64,000 bases of DNA from IMGVR_UViG_3300025141_000016:233105-297104; one strand, 5' to 3'; shown: positions 19,218-29,766, counted from the first letter of the stretch. The notes: a model not told the origin generated them from the sequence alone. Translations and numbers: made by a program.

Positions 19218-19460
19218 GTGGAAGACAATCTGTATCGGACCAGCGACCTGTATTTCGCCAGCTATCTCCGGGTGGCTGGGGTCACCCTTGTAGGTACGGA
19301 GCGGGAGCGGGGCCGGGTTGTCTTCCTCTTTGAGTCCGGTGGGGTCGCAGTGATGCGTGACCTCAAGCGAGATTACTTCACGGATCGGGCGAAAGTGGCC
19401 GCCCTCTCCTTTGTCCAGATGATTCGCACGATGAAGACGCTCACCCACAAGACGGAGTAG
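19218..19460 (+). CDS. Small phage protein (DUF5659-like)
   Basis: YRTSDLYFASYL..VVFLF pattern. Confidence 0.6.
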   Translation: MEDNLYRTSDLYFASYLRVAGVTLVGTERERGRVVFLFESGGVAVMRDLKRDYFTDRAKVAALSFVQMIRTMKTLTHKTE

Positions 19461-19487
19461 GGGGTTCGCGCCCCCTCCGAGCGGGTA
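19461..19487 (+). promoter_or_regulatory. Class II motif
   Basis: GGGGT-N17-GGGTA, before 19497 and recD2. Confidence 0.7.
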
Positions 19488-19496
19488 AGGGGGGTT

Positions 19497-19976
19497 ATGT
19501 CTTCCCCCATCCTGATCTTGGAAGGGATTTTCGTCCCGGCAACGTCCTCCGGGGACTCCCTGGTCGTGTCACGGCTTGGGGATCCCGATGCGGATCTCGA
19601 TGAGATCCTTTCTGAGTACGTCGGCAGTGCCGTGGAGGTAAGTCTTCACCACTACCCTGAATCTGTGGACAAGACGCAGCCGGGAGGGGGCTCGTGTCTG
19701 TGGGGTGGCTTTTGCCCGCACGGGCACCGTGAGAACCCAGGGTGGTTGTTCCACCAGAGGCTCACCGGAGAACTGTCCCAGGAGAGTTCGGGGTGGTCCG
19801 TGGGTGGCACGGCGCTTGGGTTCTCCAAGATGCCGGGGCATCGGGGTCGGCTCGTCATCATGGACGTGCAAGCCCTTGAGAGTCCGGCCCCCGATGCTTC
19901 TCCAGACGACCTTATCTGTGAGGCAGGCGACCTTGCGGATCTGCTCACCGAACTTCAGAAGGTGGTGAAACCATGA
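19497..19976 (+). CDS. Hypothetical protein
   Basis: ORF coupled (ATGA) to recD2; class II motif upstream. Confidence 0.65.
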   Translation: MSSPILILEGIFVPATSSGDSLVVSRLGDPDADLDEILSEYVGSAVEVSLHHYPESVDKTQPGGGSCLWGGFCPHGHRENPGWLFHQRLTGELSQESSGWSVGGTALGFSKMPGHRGRLVIMDVQALESPAPDASPDDLICEAGDLADLLTELQKVVKP

Positions 19977-22228
19977 GTGAACAGACATATAGTGGTCGGG
20001 TTTCCTCGGTCATGTTCCAGCGTGAAGATTTCCGCATCGCCAAAATCCTCCTCGATGATGACAACCCCCTCCCGGTAACGGTTGCAGGACACTTCCCCGC
20101 CCAGGCTGTGGACGTGGGGTCATGGGTGTCCTTCGCAGGGAAGTGGGTGAGACACCCCCAGTATGGCAAGCAGTTGAAGGTGACGCGGAGCCCAATCTCC
20201 GTCAACTGGACCGAGGACCGGGTTCTGTCGGCGCTTGCGGCTAACGATGTTGGCCCTCGTCTCCGGCGCAACCTGCTTGATCTCGCCGCAGAAAAAGGAA
20301 CGGAACTCGCAGACCTGTTGGACGGAGGATCCCTCGATGGCCTTGCGGGGTCCGACGAGATCACTCGCCTGTACGTCATCCAACGGTGGCGGGCTTTGCG
20401 TACACAGTTGGATGCAGCCAAGTTTCTCTCGGAGGCTGGGGTTCCCGCACGGGTAATCGGCAAGGTGTGGGGAGCCCTCGGGGATGAACTGGAGGAGAAG
20501 ATCACCGAAGACCCCTGGATTCTGGTCCGTGTAGGGGGGATTTCCTTCAAGGAAGCGGATGAGGTAGCGATGAAGCTGGGGGTTTCCCTCGACAACCCCG
20601 GACGAATCAATGGCGCGGTCCTGACGGCGGTTCAAGAGGTGGCTTCCGACGGGCATGTCTATGCTTCCACGGGGCAGGTCGTGAGAGCGGTTTCACGCTT
20701 GATCCCTGGCCCTGATGTGTCCCCTGAAAAGGTAGCCTCCGCGATTGGAACCCTTGTCACCCACAAGCAGTTGGTTGTGGAGCGTGGGTTTCGCGGTGGG
20801 TTGGTGGCTCTCTACGAGCCCTGGTCGGCCTCCATGGAAAAGGGGTGTGCCGACTTGCTCCACGTTCGACAGACCGAAGCGGTGATGGGCCTTGACCCAG
20901 ATGAAGCGAAGACGGAACTGGAGAAGTGGGCCATCGGCCACAAGGTCACCCTCACCCCTACCCAGATGGATGCCGCTCTCCGCGTGTTGACGGAACCGAT
21001 CTCGGTGCTCACCGGGCTTCCGGGGACCGGGAAGACCACCACCCTACAAGCGGCGGTGGCAATCTTGCGGGAGATGGCGGTCCCCTTTCTCTTGGTGGCT
21101 CCTACGGGGATCGCTGCCAAGCGTTTGTCCACCGTCACCGGAACCAAGGCTGCGACGGTTCATCGGGCTTTCTCGGCCAAGGGGTTTGAGACTCGGGAAC
21201 GTGAAGCTACCTATGTGGGGGTGGTGGGAGACACCGCTGCCAAGGGCAGCACGAATACGAAGGGGGAGGATTGGGGCTATGGCCCGGAGAACCCCCATCC
21301 CGCGCAGGTGGTGATCGTGGATGAGTCCTCGATGCTCGACCTCCACATGCTCTACCGGGTGTTGGGCGGGACGCTGGAAACGTGTCGTCTCGTCTTTGTG
21401 GGTGACCCCTACCAGTTGCCGTCGGTGGGAGCCGGAGATGTTTTGCGTGATCTCGTGTCTTCGGGACGCTTCCCCCACACCCACCTCACCCAGATTTTCC
21501 GTCAGGAAGACACTTCCAGCATCATCACCGCAGCCCACGCTGTTCATGCAGGGAAAACCCCAGACATGGAAGACAGAGATTTCTTGCTAATCCCCGCTGA
21601 TACCGAGGATGAGGCAGCGTTCACCATTCGCGGTATCGCCCAACGCCTCTACGCCAAGCGGGCAAACTTCCAAGTGCTCTCCCCCAGGCATAAGGGTGGT
21701 GCTGGGGTCACGGCTCTGAATGAGTTGCTGCGGATGGCGCTCAACCCCCCTACCCCTGGACTTGCCGAGCGCAGGATCATGGGGGATGTGATTCGGGAAG
21801 GGGACCGCATCATGGTCGTCAGGAACGACTATGAGCATGGGGTGTTCAACGGGGACATAGGGAAGATTAGCCGCATCGACCACCGAGCCAAAGAGTTGGA
21901 GATCAAGGTGTTTGGTGGGGAGATGGACAGGATGGTGCGCTACAACGTGGCGAAGCACACACCTCCGATTCGGTTGGCATACTGTCAGACCATCCACAAG
22001 TCGCAGGGGCAGGAGTACGACGTGATCGTCGTTCCTATGTTCCCGTCATTCGGAAGGCAGCTTCAACGGAACCTGCTCTACACCGCAATCACCCGAGCGA
22101 AGAAGCGGGTGTTCATCGTTGGGTCTGCCGCTGCCGTGAGTAAGGCAGTCGCCAATGATAGGGCTGACCGGCGTAATACTCTCCTGGCTGATCGTATCGG
22201 GGCTCTCTGTGGTGCTTCCGAGGAGTGA
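19973..22228 (+). CDS. recD2: RecD2-type SF1B helicase
   Basis: N-terminal OB fold (HPQYGKQ), HhH, GLPGTGKTT, APTGIAA, VDESSM, GDPYQLPSVG, TIHKSQG, YTAITRA. Confidence 0.95.
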   Translation: MSEQTYSGRVSSVMFQREDFRIAKILLDDDNPLPVTVAGHFPAQAVDVGSWVSFAGKWVRHPQYGKQLKVTRSPISVNWTEDRVLSALAANDVGPRLRRNLLDLAAEKGTELADLLDGGSLDGLAGSDEITRLYVIQRWRALRTQLDAAKFLSEAGVPARVIGKVWGALGDELEEKITEDPWILVRVGGISFKEADEVAMKLGVSLDNPGRINGAVLTAVQEVASDGHVYASTGQVVRAVSRLIPGPDVSPEKVASAIGTLVTHKQLVVERGFRGGLVALYEPWSASMEKGCADLLHVRQTEAVMGLDPDEAKTELEKWAIGHKVTLTPTQMDAALRVLTEPISVLTGLPGTGKTTTLQAAVAILREMAVPFLLVAPTGIAAKRLSTVTGTKAATVHRAFSAKGFETREREATYVGVVGDTAAKGSTNTKGEDWGYGPENPHPAQVVIVDESSMLDLHMLYRVLGGTLETCRLVFVGDPYQLPSVGAGDVLRDLVSSGRFPHTHLTQIFRQEDTSSIITAAHAVHAGKTPDMEDRDFLLIPADTEDEAAFTIRGIAQRLYAKRANFQVLSPRHKGGAGVTALNELLRMALNPPTPGLAERRIMGDVIREGDRIMVVRNDYEHGVFNGDIGKISRIDHRAKELEIKVFGGEMDRMVRYNVAKHTPPIRLAYCQTIHKSQGQEYDVIVVPMFPSFGRQLQRNLLYTAITRAKKRVFIVGSAAAVSKAVANDRADRRNTLLADRIGALCGASEE

Positions 22229-22230
22229 GG

Positions 22231-22257
22231 GGGGTTCCCTCTGTTCCTGGGTGGGTA
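22231..22257 (+). promoter_or_regulatory. Class II motif
   Basis: GGGGT-N17-GGGTA, before 22277. Confidence 0.7.
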
Positions 22258-22276
22258 TGAGCGGGGGGAGGTTCCT

Positions 22277-22684
22277 ATGGACCGAAAGACACTCGACAGA
22301 ATCCGAGTGGCCGTCAAGGAGACACGGAGTCGGCTCCGAGTCACCAAGGTCGTGGCTACTCGGGCGGTCAAGACCTCTCGCGGCGAGTTCTTCTGTGGCA
22401 TGTCCGCAGCCTGGGACTCCGTTCAGACCGATGCGGCTGGAGCAACCGACCTTGATCTTGTCCTGGGGACCGCCGAGGAGGCAGCCTCGGGCATGACCAT
22501 CGAGGAAGCGCGGGTTTCGTACCTCCTCCTTTCACTGGAAGCCAGTATCGGAGCGTGGCGGGCCGCTTTGAGTGAGGGGGCGATCACTCCCGAGCAGTTT
22601 GAGGCGAGGGTGCGTGACCTCAAACGCAACACTGTGGCCCATCTGGAGCGCATCTTGCCCCCCGAAACCGATCCCGAGGAATAG
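22277..22684 (+). CDS. Hypothetical protein
   Basis: ORF with RBS and class II motif. Confidence 0.7.
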   Translation: MDRKTLDRIRVAVKETRSRLRVTKVVATRAVKTSRGEFFCGMSAAWDSVQTDAAGATDLDLVLGTAEEAASGMTIEEARVSYLLLSLEASIGAWRAALSEGAITPEQFEARVRDLKRNTVAHLERILPPETDPEE

Positions 22685-22692
22685 GAGCCCGT

Positions 22693-23577
22693 ATGTCGGA
22701 GACTGCACCCGAGTTGCCCCAGGTCAATGCCGAAGCCATTGATGCCGTTTTCGCTACGTTGACGCGCATGGAGGTCGAACTGGACGACGACCCGCTCCAG
22801 TTTGGACCCAAGCGTCTTCAAGGAAAGGTAGCCCAGACGCGGCGGATGCTCACCGAGTGTGAGGGTCTGTTCCTACGGGTCAGCCATTGGCTCCAGAAAT
22901 ACCGGGCTGCACACCGCACCTTGGACGTGGAACTGGACTTGGAGAAGAAAGACCTCTTTGCCAATGATCCCGAGGTCAGGGCTGGTCGGAATGTGGCAGA
23001 CCGGGAAGCCCTGGCGACGATGAAGTTGCGGGAGAAAGCCCAAGCCCTCGCCAAAGTTGCCCAGTCCCAAGCGGATTTGGAGGCGATGCTCATTGTCATC
23101 AAGGCCAAGCGTAGTGATCTCAAAGACGTTCAAGGTCGCATCAGGGACCAGATGAAGCTGTGCAACGAGGAGATCGGCCTCGGAGGATTCTGGGGGAGCA
23201 AGCCTGCCCCTGGGTCGCAGGCTCCTGACCTTGAAGCCTCGCCCGACGTGGACCGCAAGACCTTGCGTGATCTCCATGAGATGTTCACCGGGACAGGGGT
23301 GGAAGAACCGGACCTTGCCGCTGTCGCACCGCTCATTGACCCCGAGCCCGAGCCCGAGCCCGAGCCGGAGAGTTCCACGGGGGACACCCCTGCCGAGAGC
23401 GTGGGTGATCTCCTTGCTGATCCCGAGACGGAGGAAGACCCCTTTACGGTAGAGTCCCTTGGTCCTACAGGCTCGGACGAGGAGTCCGACGAGTTCCTGT
23501 CGGCCATCGGCGGGGAAGATGAGGTGGCCTTGAAGCCCCGTTCAATCGAATCTTTGCTCGATGACCTCGACATTTAG
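22693..23577 (+). CDS. Coiled-coil protein with acidic tail (possible recombination mediator)
   Basis: Helical N-terminal half, (PE)5 repeat, acidic end; precedes ssb-ruvC-recA. Confidence 0.55.
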   Translation: MSETAPELPQVNAEAIDAVFATLTRMEVELDDDPLQFGPKRLQGKVAQTRRMLTECEGLFLRVSHWLQKYRAAHRTLDVELDLEKKDLFANDPEVRAGRNVADREALATMKLREKAQALAKVAQSQADLEAMLIVIKAKRSDLKDVQGRIRDQMKLCNEEIGLGGFWGSKPAPGSQAPDLEASPDVDRKTLRDLHEMFTGTGVEEPDLAAVAPLIDPEPEPEPEPESSTGDTPAESVGDLLADPETEEDPFTVESLGPTGSDEESDEFLSAIGGEDEVALKPRSIESLLDDLDI

Positions 23578-23586
23578 TGGGGAGGG

Positions 23587-23612
23587 GGGGTGTTTCCTAT
23601 CCCCGTCGGGTA
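23587..23612 (+). promoter_or_regulatory. Class II motif
   Basis: GGGGT-N16-GGGTA, before ssb. Confidence 0.65.
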
Positions 23613-23689
23613 AGACCTCTTGGCGCACAACACCAAACACCGCCGAAACGGCATTGAAATGAACGCGCCTTCACACACTGGAGACTGAC

Positions 23690-24409
23690 ATGACAGACGG
23701 ATTTATGGACTTCACCGTTGGGTCTGGCGATGAGAACATCGGCCAGACCAGCAAGCGATTCAAGGGAGAGACGGGGCGCACCTATCGCGTTTCCTTCCCC
23801 TGGCTCACCGGACTCGATGGCGACGGGCATCCTACGGATGATTCCGCCCCTCGCTTCACTGGCTGTGAGCGGATCTACAAGCAGGGGTTGGGCTACGTCC
23901 TGATCACTGATAGCAACCGCAGTGCGGTGCTCAACTACCTTGGTGCGACCCCCAAGCAGGCGATTGCCACGGTGGTCGTCGTTTGGCCGACCAACAAGGA
24001 CGGCGAACTCGACGTGGAGTCGTTCAAGGCTGGCAAGGGCTGGTCGGTGCAGCCGTGGGTCTTTGATCCCGGCAAGTACCGCGAGATTGGTCGTAGCCAC
24101 AAGCGGTTCCCTCTCGGGAAGCACGACCTCTCGATGGCTTGCTCTGATGGGCAGTTCCAGAAGATGAGTTTCACCCCCGAGGGTGACAACCTGCTTCGCA
24201 AGCTGCTTGGGGCCAAGTCCGAGGCACTTCGGGAGGTGGGGGCACAGATCCTCCAGAAAGCCGAGCGTGTGGCCGAGGGCATCCGTCGTGATCTCGCTCG
24301 GGAACTCACCCTGGATGAGATGCGCGAAAAGCTGGGCGACGAGGTTGCCAGCCCGACTGGTAACCACTCCGCGAAGAACGTGGACGACCTGCTCGATGAC
24401 GTGATTTGA
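23690..24409 (+). CDS. Probable single-stranded DNA-binding protein (gp32-like)
   Basis: Size, aromatic-rich core, acidic C-terminus (VDDLLDDVI), context. Confidence 0.6.
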   Translation: MTDGFMDFTVGSGDENIGQTSKRFKGETGRTYRVSFPWLTGLDGDGHPTDDSAPRFTGCERIYKQGLGYVLITDSNRSAVLNYLGATPKQAIATVVVVWPTNKDGELDVESFKAGKGWSVQPWVFDPGKYREIGRSHKRFPLGKHDLSMACSDGQFQKMSFTPEGDNLLRKLLGAKSEALREVGAQILQKAERVAEGIRRDLARELTLDEMREKLGDEVASPTGNHSAKNVDDLLDDVI

Positions 24410-24412
24410 CTC

Positions 24413-25075
24413 GTGTTGGTGCTTGGCCTTGATCCGTCGCTGACGAACTACGGCTGGGCACTTCACGATACAAACGCCCCCGTCGGTGATGCCTCTCGGT
24501 GTCCCGCTCGGGGGCGTTTTCGTACATCTGCGAAGGAGGAGTTCGTCACCCGCTACATGGCCCAGCGGGAGTCCTTGCGGGCCGTGATCCGCGAGCACCG
24601 TCCAGACAGGGTGGGGATTGAGTTCCCCATCTTCGACCAAATGTGGTCCGAGGGCATGTACGGCCTGTTCCTCTATTCTTGCGAGGCTTTGAGGGCCGAG
24701 TGTATGGACGTGGTGTTCTGGTCGCCCCTCCAAGCGAAAGCACATGCTCGCGACACCCTCGACCGCCCGAAGGGGTGGAAGATGGACAAAGTGGACATGT
24801 GCGAAGCCGCGAAGCAGGACGTAGGTGGGGGACGCAACTGGAATCACAACGAAGCCGATGCGTACCTTGTGGGGGTGCTGGCCGGTCGCTTCTGGGACTT
24901 CTTTGATGGGAGGCTGGGGGAGGGGGGTCTGACCCCTACCGAGAGTCGGTACTTCACCAAGGTCCACACATTCAAGCGTGGGCGGAAGGCTGGTCGGACG
25001 GTCAAGAAAGGCGTGATCCACCGGGAACAAGACAGATTTTTCAGATGGTCCCGACTACGGGAGGAGGGTGAATAA
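24413..25075 (+). CDS. ruvC: RuvC-like Holliday junction resolvase
   Basis: VLGLDPSLTNYGWA, GIE, K..DK, HNEADA. Confidence 0.85.
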   Translation: MLVLGLDPSLTNYGWALHDTNAPVGDASRCPARGRFRTSAKEEFVTRYMAQRESLRAVIREHRPDRVGIEFPIFDQMWSEGMYGLFLYSCEALRAECMDVVFWSPLQAKAHARDTLDRPKGWKMDKVDMCEAAKQDVGGGRNWNHNEADAYLVGVLAGRFWDFFDGRLGEGGLTPTESRYFTKVHTFKRGRKAGRTVKKGVIHREQDRFFRWSRLREEGE

Positions 25076-26291
25076 GATGCCGAGAGCAAAGAAGCCGAAA
25101 TCAAGTGGAGGTGGGGTTGACCTCACGAGCCTGGGGAGTGATCCCTTGTCCAAGGTACGGGATTACCTCGTGCGGAAGAAAGGCAAGGAGTACACGAACA
25201 TCCGCGTACCTCTCGATGATGCTGCTATCCGGCGTTCTCTCCCACACATCCCAACGGGATCTGATGTGGTGGACTACCTCATCGGCGGGGAGCCGAACAG
25301 CTTTGGGGTTGCTCCGTGTCCTGGGTTCCCCCGAGGTCGAGTCACCCAGATTTGGGGCCATGAAAGTTCGGGCAAGACGACCCTGTGTCTGGAAGCAGCA
25401 TCCAAGGTCTGCCAAGCAGGAGGGTCGTGCGTTTACATCGACTGGGAAAACGACATTGTTCCCGACTACGCCGCTGCTCTTGGCGTTCCGGTCACTGACC
25501 CCACCCGGTTTGAACTGCTCCAGCCCGAGACGTTGGAGGATGGCATCAAGTACGCGATGGCTTACGCCACCGCTGGGGTTGACCTCATCATCTTCGACTC
25601 GGTGGGCGCGGGCGTTCCCCGTCGGCTTGCCGAACGCGATGCTCTCGATGTAGCGGAGCAAGGCAAGGTAGCCGAACTCCAGTCTGTGTGGAGCCAGGAA
25701 CTCCCCAACATCAAGAAGACCATCGCCCGAAGCGGCTCTGCTGTCGTGGGGATCAGTCAGGTCCGGGCCAACATGAACACTGGTCCGGGGGCCAAGAGCA
25801 AGCCGCAGGGAGGCAACGCCTGGAAGTTCTACGCATCGGCACGGTTGGAACTTCGGCGGGTGCAGAATGAAAAGGCCCGAGAGCACAATGTTCTGACCCA
25901 CAAGACCGACGAGAGGGTCGTGGGCGGGATCATCAAGGTCAAGGCTGTGAAGTGCAAGCTGTCTCGGTCGCAGGGCCGTGAGGAAATCTTCTACATCCGA
26001 TGGGGGGAGGGTATTGACAACCACCGCACCATGATGGAGATCGCCAGCGCACACGGCATCATCAAGAAAGGGGGGTCATGGCTGACCTGGGAGGGTGCCC
26101 CCAGCGGTCCCGTGAAGTTTCAGGGATCGGAGAAGATGCGGAAACACCTCTTGGACAATGATGCTGACTACCAAGCCCTTCGTGAGCGGGTGCTCCCTCT
26201 CCTTGGATCTGGAGCAGCCTCCAACTTCGTGGATGAAACAGATGAGGATGAGGTGGGTGTGGCGATGAAAGCCGCAGGCATTGACGTGTAG
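25068..26291 (+). CDS. recA: RecA recombinase
   Basis: IPTGS, GHESSGKTT, IIFDSV, ISQVR, GGNAWKFYAS, KKGGSW. Confidence 0.95.
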   Translation: MNKMPRAKKPKSSGGGVDLTSLGSDPLSKVRDYLVRKKGKEYTNIRVPLDDAAIRRSLPHIPTGSDVVDYLIGGEPNSFGVAPCPGFPRGRVTQIWGHESSGKTTLCLEAASKVCQAGGSCVYIDWENDIVPDYAAALGVPVTDPTRFELLQPETLEDGIKYAMAYATAGVDLIIFDSVGAGVPRRLAERDALDVAEQGKVAELQSVWSQELPNIKKTIARSGSAVVGISQVRANMNTGPGAKSKPQGGNAWKFYASARLELRRVQNEKAREHNVLTHKTDERVVGGIIKVKAVKCKLSRSQGREEIFYIRWGEGIDNHRTMMEIASAHGIIKKGGSWLTWEGAPSGPVKFQGSEKMRKHLLDNDADYQALRERVLPLLGSGAASNFVDETDEDEVGVAMKAAGIDV

Positions 26292-26292
26292 G

Positions 26293-26319
26293 GGGGTGGA
26301 GTTCTCTCCCTTTCCGGTA
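26293..26319 (+). promoter_or_regulatory. Class II motif
   Basis: GGGGT-N17-CGGTA, before the SbcC N-half. Confidence 0.65.
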
Positions 26320-26332
26320 GGGGGAGAGGGAG

Positions 26333-27574
26333 GTGGCGATGGCTGTCCGGGTCCGAGTCCAGAACTTTCAGTCCATTGAAGATGCCGAGGTCATTATCGA
26401 CGGCATGACCGTCGTGACTGGTCCTAACAACAGTGGCAAGACGGCTTTCATGCGGGCCATCCGAGGCGTGTTTACCAACGCCCCTGGTGGTCCGCTGGTG
26501 CGTCATGGCACCGCTCACCTGACGGTCACACTGACTTTCGATGATGGCACCGAGATCATCTGGCAGAAAGGATCGGAGAAGCCCAACGGGAAGGGCAAGA
26601 AAGTCAATCGCTACTCCATCAATGGGGTGGGGATCTCCAATGTCGGACGAGGGGTTCCACCCGAGGTCGAGGCATTGGGGGTGCGGGAGATCAGCGCGGC
26701 TTCGGATCGTCTCTGGCCCCAGATTGCCCAACAGTTCGATGGGACGTTGTTCCTCGTCAACCGTCCAGGGTCCGCTGTGGCAGAAGCCCTCTCGGATGTG
26801 GAACGAGTGGGCAAGCTGACCTCTGCTCTCAAAGCCTCGGAGAAAGACCGGCGCACCGTGACCTCGGAGTTGAAGGTCCGTCGTAAAGACGTAGATGCCC
26901 GCAAGGTTGAGGTCGCCAAGTACGACGGCCTCGACGGTGTTGTGGGCCAAGCCCGCGCACTTCAAGGGGATCAGGATGCCCTCGCTCAAACACAGGAAGA
27001 AGCGAGGGTGGTGGAGTCTTTTCTCGCTCGGCTTTCCACGGTGCGGGGTCGCGTAGAAGCCCTTGATGGTTTCGACCCTGATGGGGTTCCTGACGGAACC
27101 AGGGTGGAGAAACTGTCGGTGGGGGTGGAACGTGTCTCTGGATACCGAGATCGGTTGGTCGAGGCCCAGGGGGTATCTGATGCCCTCCGGGGGTTCCAAG
27201 AGCCTACCTTCCCTGACCCCTCCTCGATGGGGGAACTCCGAGAGCAGATTCGGGAGGCAGGGGGGCTGGCTTCTCGCCTCCGCACAGCACGGGACACCGC
27301 CCAGACGTATGCAGAGATCCCATCATTGAACCTCCCTGACCCCACTCGCACCCAGCGGACTCAAAAGGCGATTGCAACAGTCACCGCTCTCCAAGACCGC
27401 TACGCCGAAGCACATGCTGGGGTCAATAAGCTGGTCGAGGAACAGGAGCGTCTGGACAGAGAGGTGGCTGAGGCCGAAGTTGAAGTCACCAGACTGCTCG
27501 GAGATCGTGGGGTCTGCCCCACCTGCAACACTGTCCATGAAGGAGAGAGACATGGCATCGCCATCAACCATTGA
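26333..27574 (+). CDS. SbcC/Rad50 N-terminal half (Walker A, coiled coil, Zn hook)
   Basis: VQNFQS, GPNNSGKT, Q-loop, ends with CPTC; no Walker B. Confidence 0.85.
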   Translation: MAMAVRVRVQNFQSIEDAEVIIDGMTVVTGPNNSGKTAFMRAIRGVFTNAPGGPLVRHGTAHLTVTLTFDDGTEIIWQKGSEKPNGKGKKVNRYSINGVGISNVGRGVPPEVEALGVREISAASDRLWPQIAQQFDGTLFLVNRPGSAVAEALSDVERVGKLTSALKASEKDRRTVTSELKVRRKDVDARKVEVAKYDGLDGVVGQARALQGDQDALAQTQEEARVVESFLARLSTVRGRVEALDGFDPDGVPDGTRVEKLSVGVERVSGYRDRLVEAQGVSDALRGFQEPTFPDPSSMGELREQIREAGGLASRLRTARDTAQTYAEIPSLNLPDPTRTQRTQKAIATVTALQDRYAEAHAGVNKLVEEQERLDREVAEAEVEVTRLLGDRGVCPTCNTVHEGERHGIAINH

Positions 27575-27860
27575 GTGCCGCTTCTGTGGAAGGACTAACG
27601 GCAAACACGGTGATGATTGCCCCGACTGCGGGTGCCCGAAGTGCGGGTTCCCTGGAGGTTGCCATATTGGGTCTGATGGGATCGTGAGGGGGTTTTGCCC
27701 CGACTGCGGGTGGGAAGTTGCCCCCGGTGCTTACGCAGCGTGGAAGGCGAAGCAGCCCAAGCTGACGACGCACCAGATGTACCGAAAGATGATGGGGATG
27801 CTGGGAGCAGACCTGCCACCCGATGACGAGGTGGGTGCGCCCATCGTGGAGGAACTGTGA
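27552..27860 (+). CDS. Small Cys-rich zinc-binding protein
   Basis: CRFC, CPDC, CPKC, CPDC; RBS upstream; overlaps both neighbours. Confidence 0.55.
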   Translation: MASPSTIECRFCGRTNGKHGDDCPDCGCPKCGFPGGCHIGSDGIVRGFCPDCGWEVAPGAYAAWKAKQPKLTTHQMYRKMMGMLGADLPPDDEVGAPIVEEL

Positions 27861-28822
27861 GCATCAATCTTGTCTGGCGTACCGACGTTCACCTGTCCGA
27901 TAGGGCACCTGCATCCCGTACCGATGATTGGGCCGACACCGTGTTCGACAAGCTGGGTCAGGTCCGTGACCTTGCCCGTGAGGTCAACGCTGCCGCTATC
28001 CTCGATGGCGGCGACTTCTTTCATGTGAAGTCCCCAGGTCGGAACTCTCATGCTCTGGTCAACCGCACGGCAGAGCACCACAGCACCTATCCGTGTCCGG
28101 TCTACTGCACTCCGGGGAATCACGACGCGGTGTACGGAGACTATGCCTTCCTGCCCCAGCAACCTCTTGGAGTCCTGTTTTCTACGGGGGTCTACCACCG
28201 GCTCTACGATGAGCACGAGGTGGTGTTCACCCAGGATGGGGTCACCGTCCGTGTGGTGGGTATTCCTTACCATGGCACCACTTACGATATGGATCGGTTC
28301 ACCAGCATCGTGAAAGGCGACGAGGACATTCTCATCTGCGTAGCCCACGTTCTCGCCTCCAAGAAAGGCGGGACGATGTTTGAGGGGGAGGACATTGTGA
28401 AGTACAAAGACCTCCTCGATACGGCTCCCGATCTGTTCCTGTTCGGGCACTGGCACAAGGACCAGGGGGTCGCGAGCATGGGCGGCAAGCAGTTCGTGAA
28501 CATCGGATCCTTGACCCGAGGATCACTCTCCCAGGACGAGGTGGAGCGAGAACCCGCTGCGGCTGTTCTGCGGTGTTCCTCGGAAGGGGTCAAGGTCGAA
28601 GTCCATCGCATCAAGGTCAAGCCTCCAAAGGAAGTCTTCGACGTTGAGGGCCGAGCCCGTCAGGTCAAGCGACAGGTCGAGATGGATGCCTTCGTTACCA
28701 ACATCCGAGATGCCCTCCAGCCAAAGGCTGATGATGAGACGTTGGAGGATGCCTTGAAGGGGATTGAGGGGGTGCCAACGGAAGTCCGTGAACGAGCCCT
28801 CGCCTATTTGGAGGGCGCATGA
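27857..28822 (+). CDS. sbcD: SbcD/Mre11 metallophosphoesterase nuclease
   Basis: TDVH, GGDFFH, GNHD, GHWH, NIGSL. Confidence 0.9.
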   Translation: MSINLVWRTDVHLSDRAPASRTDDWADTVFDKLGQVRDLAREVNAAAILDGGDFFHVKSPGRNSHALVNRTAEHHSTYPCPVYCTPGNHDAVYGDYAFLPQQPLGVLFSTGVYHRLYDEHEVVFTQDGVTVRVVGIPYHGTTYDMDRFTSIVKGDEDILICVAHVLASKKGGTMFEGEDIVKYKDLLDTAPDLFLFGHWHKDQGVASMGGKQFVNIGSLTRGSLSQDEVEREPAAAVLRCSSEGVKVEVHRIKVKPPKEVFDVEGRARQVKRQVEMDAFVTNIRDALQPKADDETLEDALKGIEGVPTEVRERALAYLEGA

Positions 28823-29763
28823 ACCGGCAATCGACGCTCTACTGGAGCCACTTGAAGGCGTATGAGGAGTGCCCCCAACAGTTTCTTTGGTTGAAGGGAT
28901 GGGATGGGGTTGACTGTGGGAATGGTCCTGGCAATCCCAAGCCGCGCCCTCCCCAGAGATCACGGCACCATGCCGTGATGGGGATCGCTATCCAGTTCGC
29001 CATCGAGAAGATGTACAACGATGAACTCTACCGTGACCCCAAGAACCTCTCACGGGTTCTGCTCGACCTCGTGGAGCGGGAGTTCGACCGGCTGGCATCC
29101 AAGCCCCGGAACAAGATCGACTACTCCGAGGCACGGATGACCCGAGCCGACATGATCGAGGTCTGCCGTGAGGGAGTGGCCGGATACCTCCAGACGATGA
29201 AGGAGCACCGTCTCCTTGGTCCTTACGCCAAGGCGGAAGTTGACCTCCTGGGCTGGATCGACAAATGGAACCCTATCGGCGGCAGGGCTGACACCATCGT
29301 TCGTCGGGACGACACTGGGGTCACCATCATTGATGGCAAGAACACCAAGCACAAGATGAGGTTCACCGACCCGGACCAGTTGCGCTGGTACGCGCTCCTG
29401 TTCAAGCTGGCCTACAAGGTTCTCCCCGCCCGGTTGGCCTACGTCTGGTATCGCTTCCCCGCAGGGAAGGTGACCCATGACGAGAGTGGGGGTGAGGTCA
29501 TCGAGACAGGGGTGGAGTGGATCGAGTTCGATGAGGAAGACCTACGGGGTCTGGCCCAACGAGCCCTTGATGCCAAGAAAGCGATGTGGAAAGAAAAGTT
29601 CGCCCCGACCCCGACCCCTCCCGTTTGTAAGTTCTGCGCCTTTGAGGATGTGTGCGAGGAACGGAAGGTCCAGAGACAGGCCAACGCAGCGAAGCGGGGA
29701 AAGAAGACCAAAGTACAAGAGATCACCGATGCGGCTAACGGCTTCGCGGACTTCACCCTTTGA
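28819..29763 (+). CDS. PD-(D/E)XK Cas4/AddB-like exonuclease
   Basis: ECP..GRAD..IIDGK..QLRWY..CKFCAFEDVC. Confidence 0.85.
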   Translation: MNRQSTLYWSHLKAYEECPQQFLWLKGWDGVDCGNGPGNPKPRPPQRSRHHAVMGIAIQFAIEKMYNDELYRDPKNLSRVLLDLVEREFDRLASKPRNKIDYSEARMTRADMIEVCREGVAGYLQTMKEHRLLGPYAKAEVDLLGWIDKWNPIGGRADTIVRRDDTGVTIIDGKNTKHKMRFTDPDQLRWYALLFKLAYKVLPARLAYVWYRFPAGKVTHDESGGEVIETGVEWIEFDEEDLRGLAQRALDAKKAMWKEKFAPTPTPPVCKFCAFEDVCEERKVQRQANAAKRGKKTKVQEITDAANGFADFTL

Positions 29764-29766
29764 GGG

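Noticed and set aside
23341-23370. CCCGAG hexamer tandem repeat
   Set aside because: In-frame (PE)5 low-complexity linker; no sign of a phase-variation role.
28819-29763. Cas4-like nuclease as a sign of CRISPR-Cas
   Set aside because: No repeat-spacer array or other cas gene seen; the context is phage recombination.
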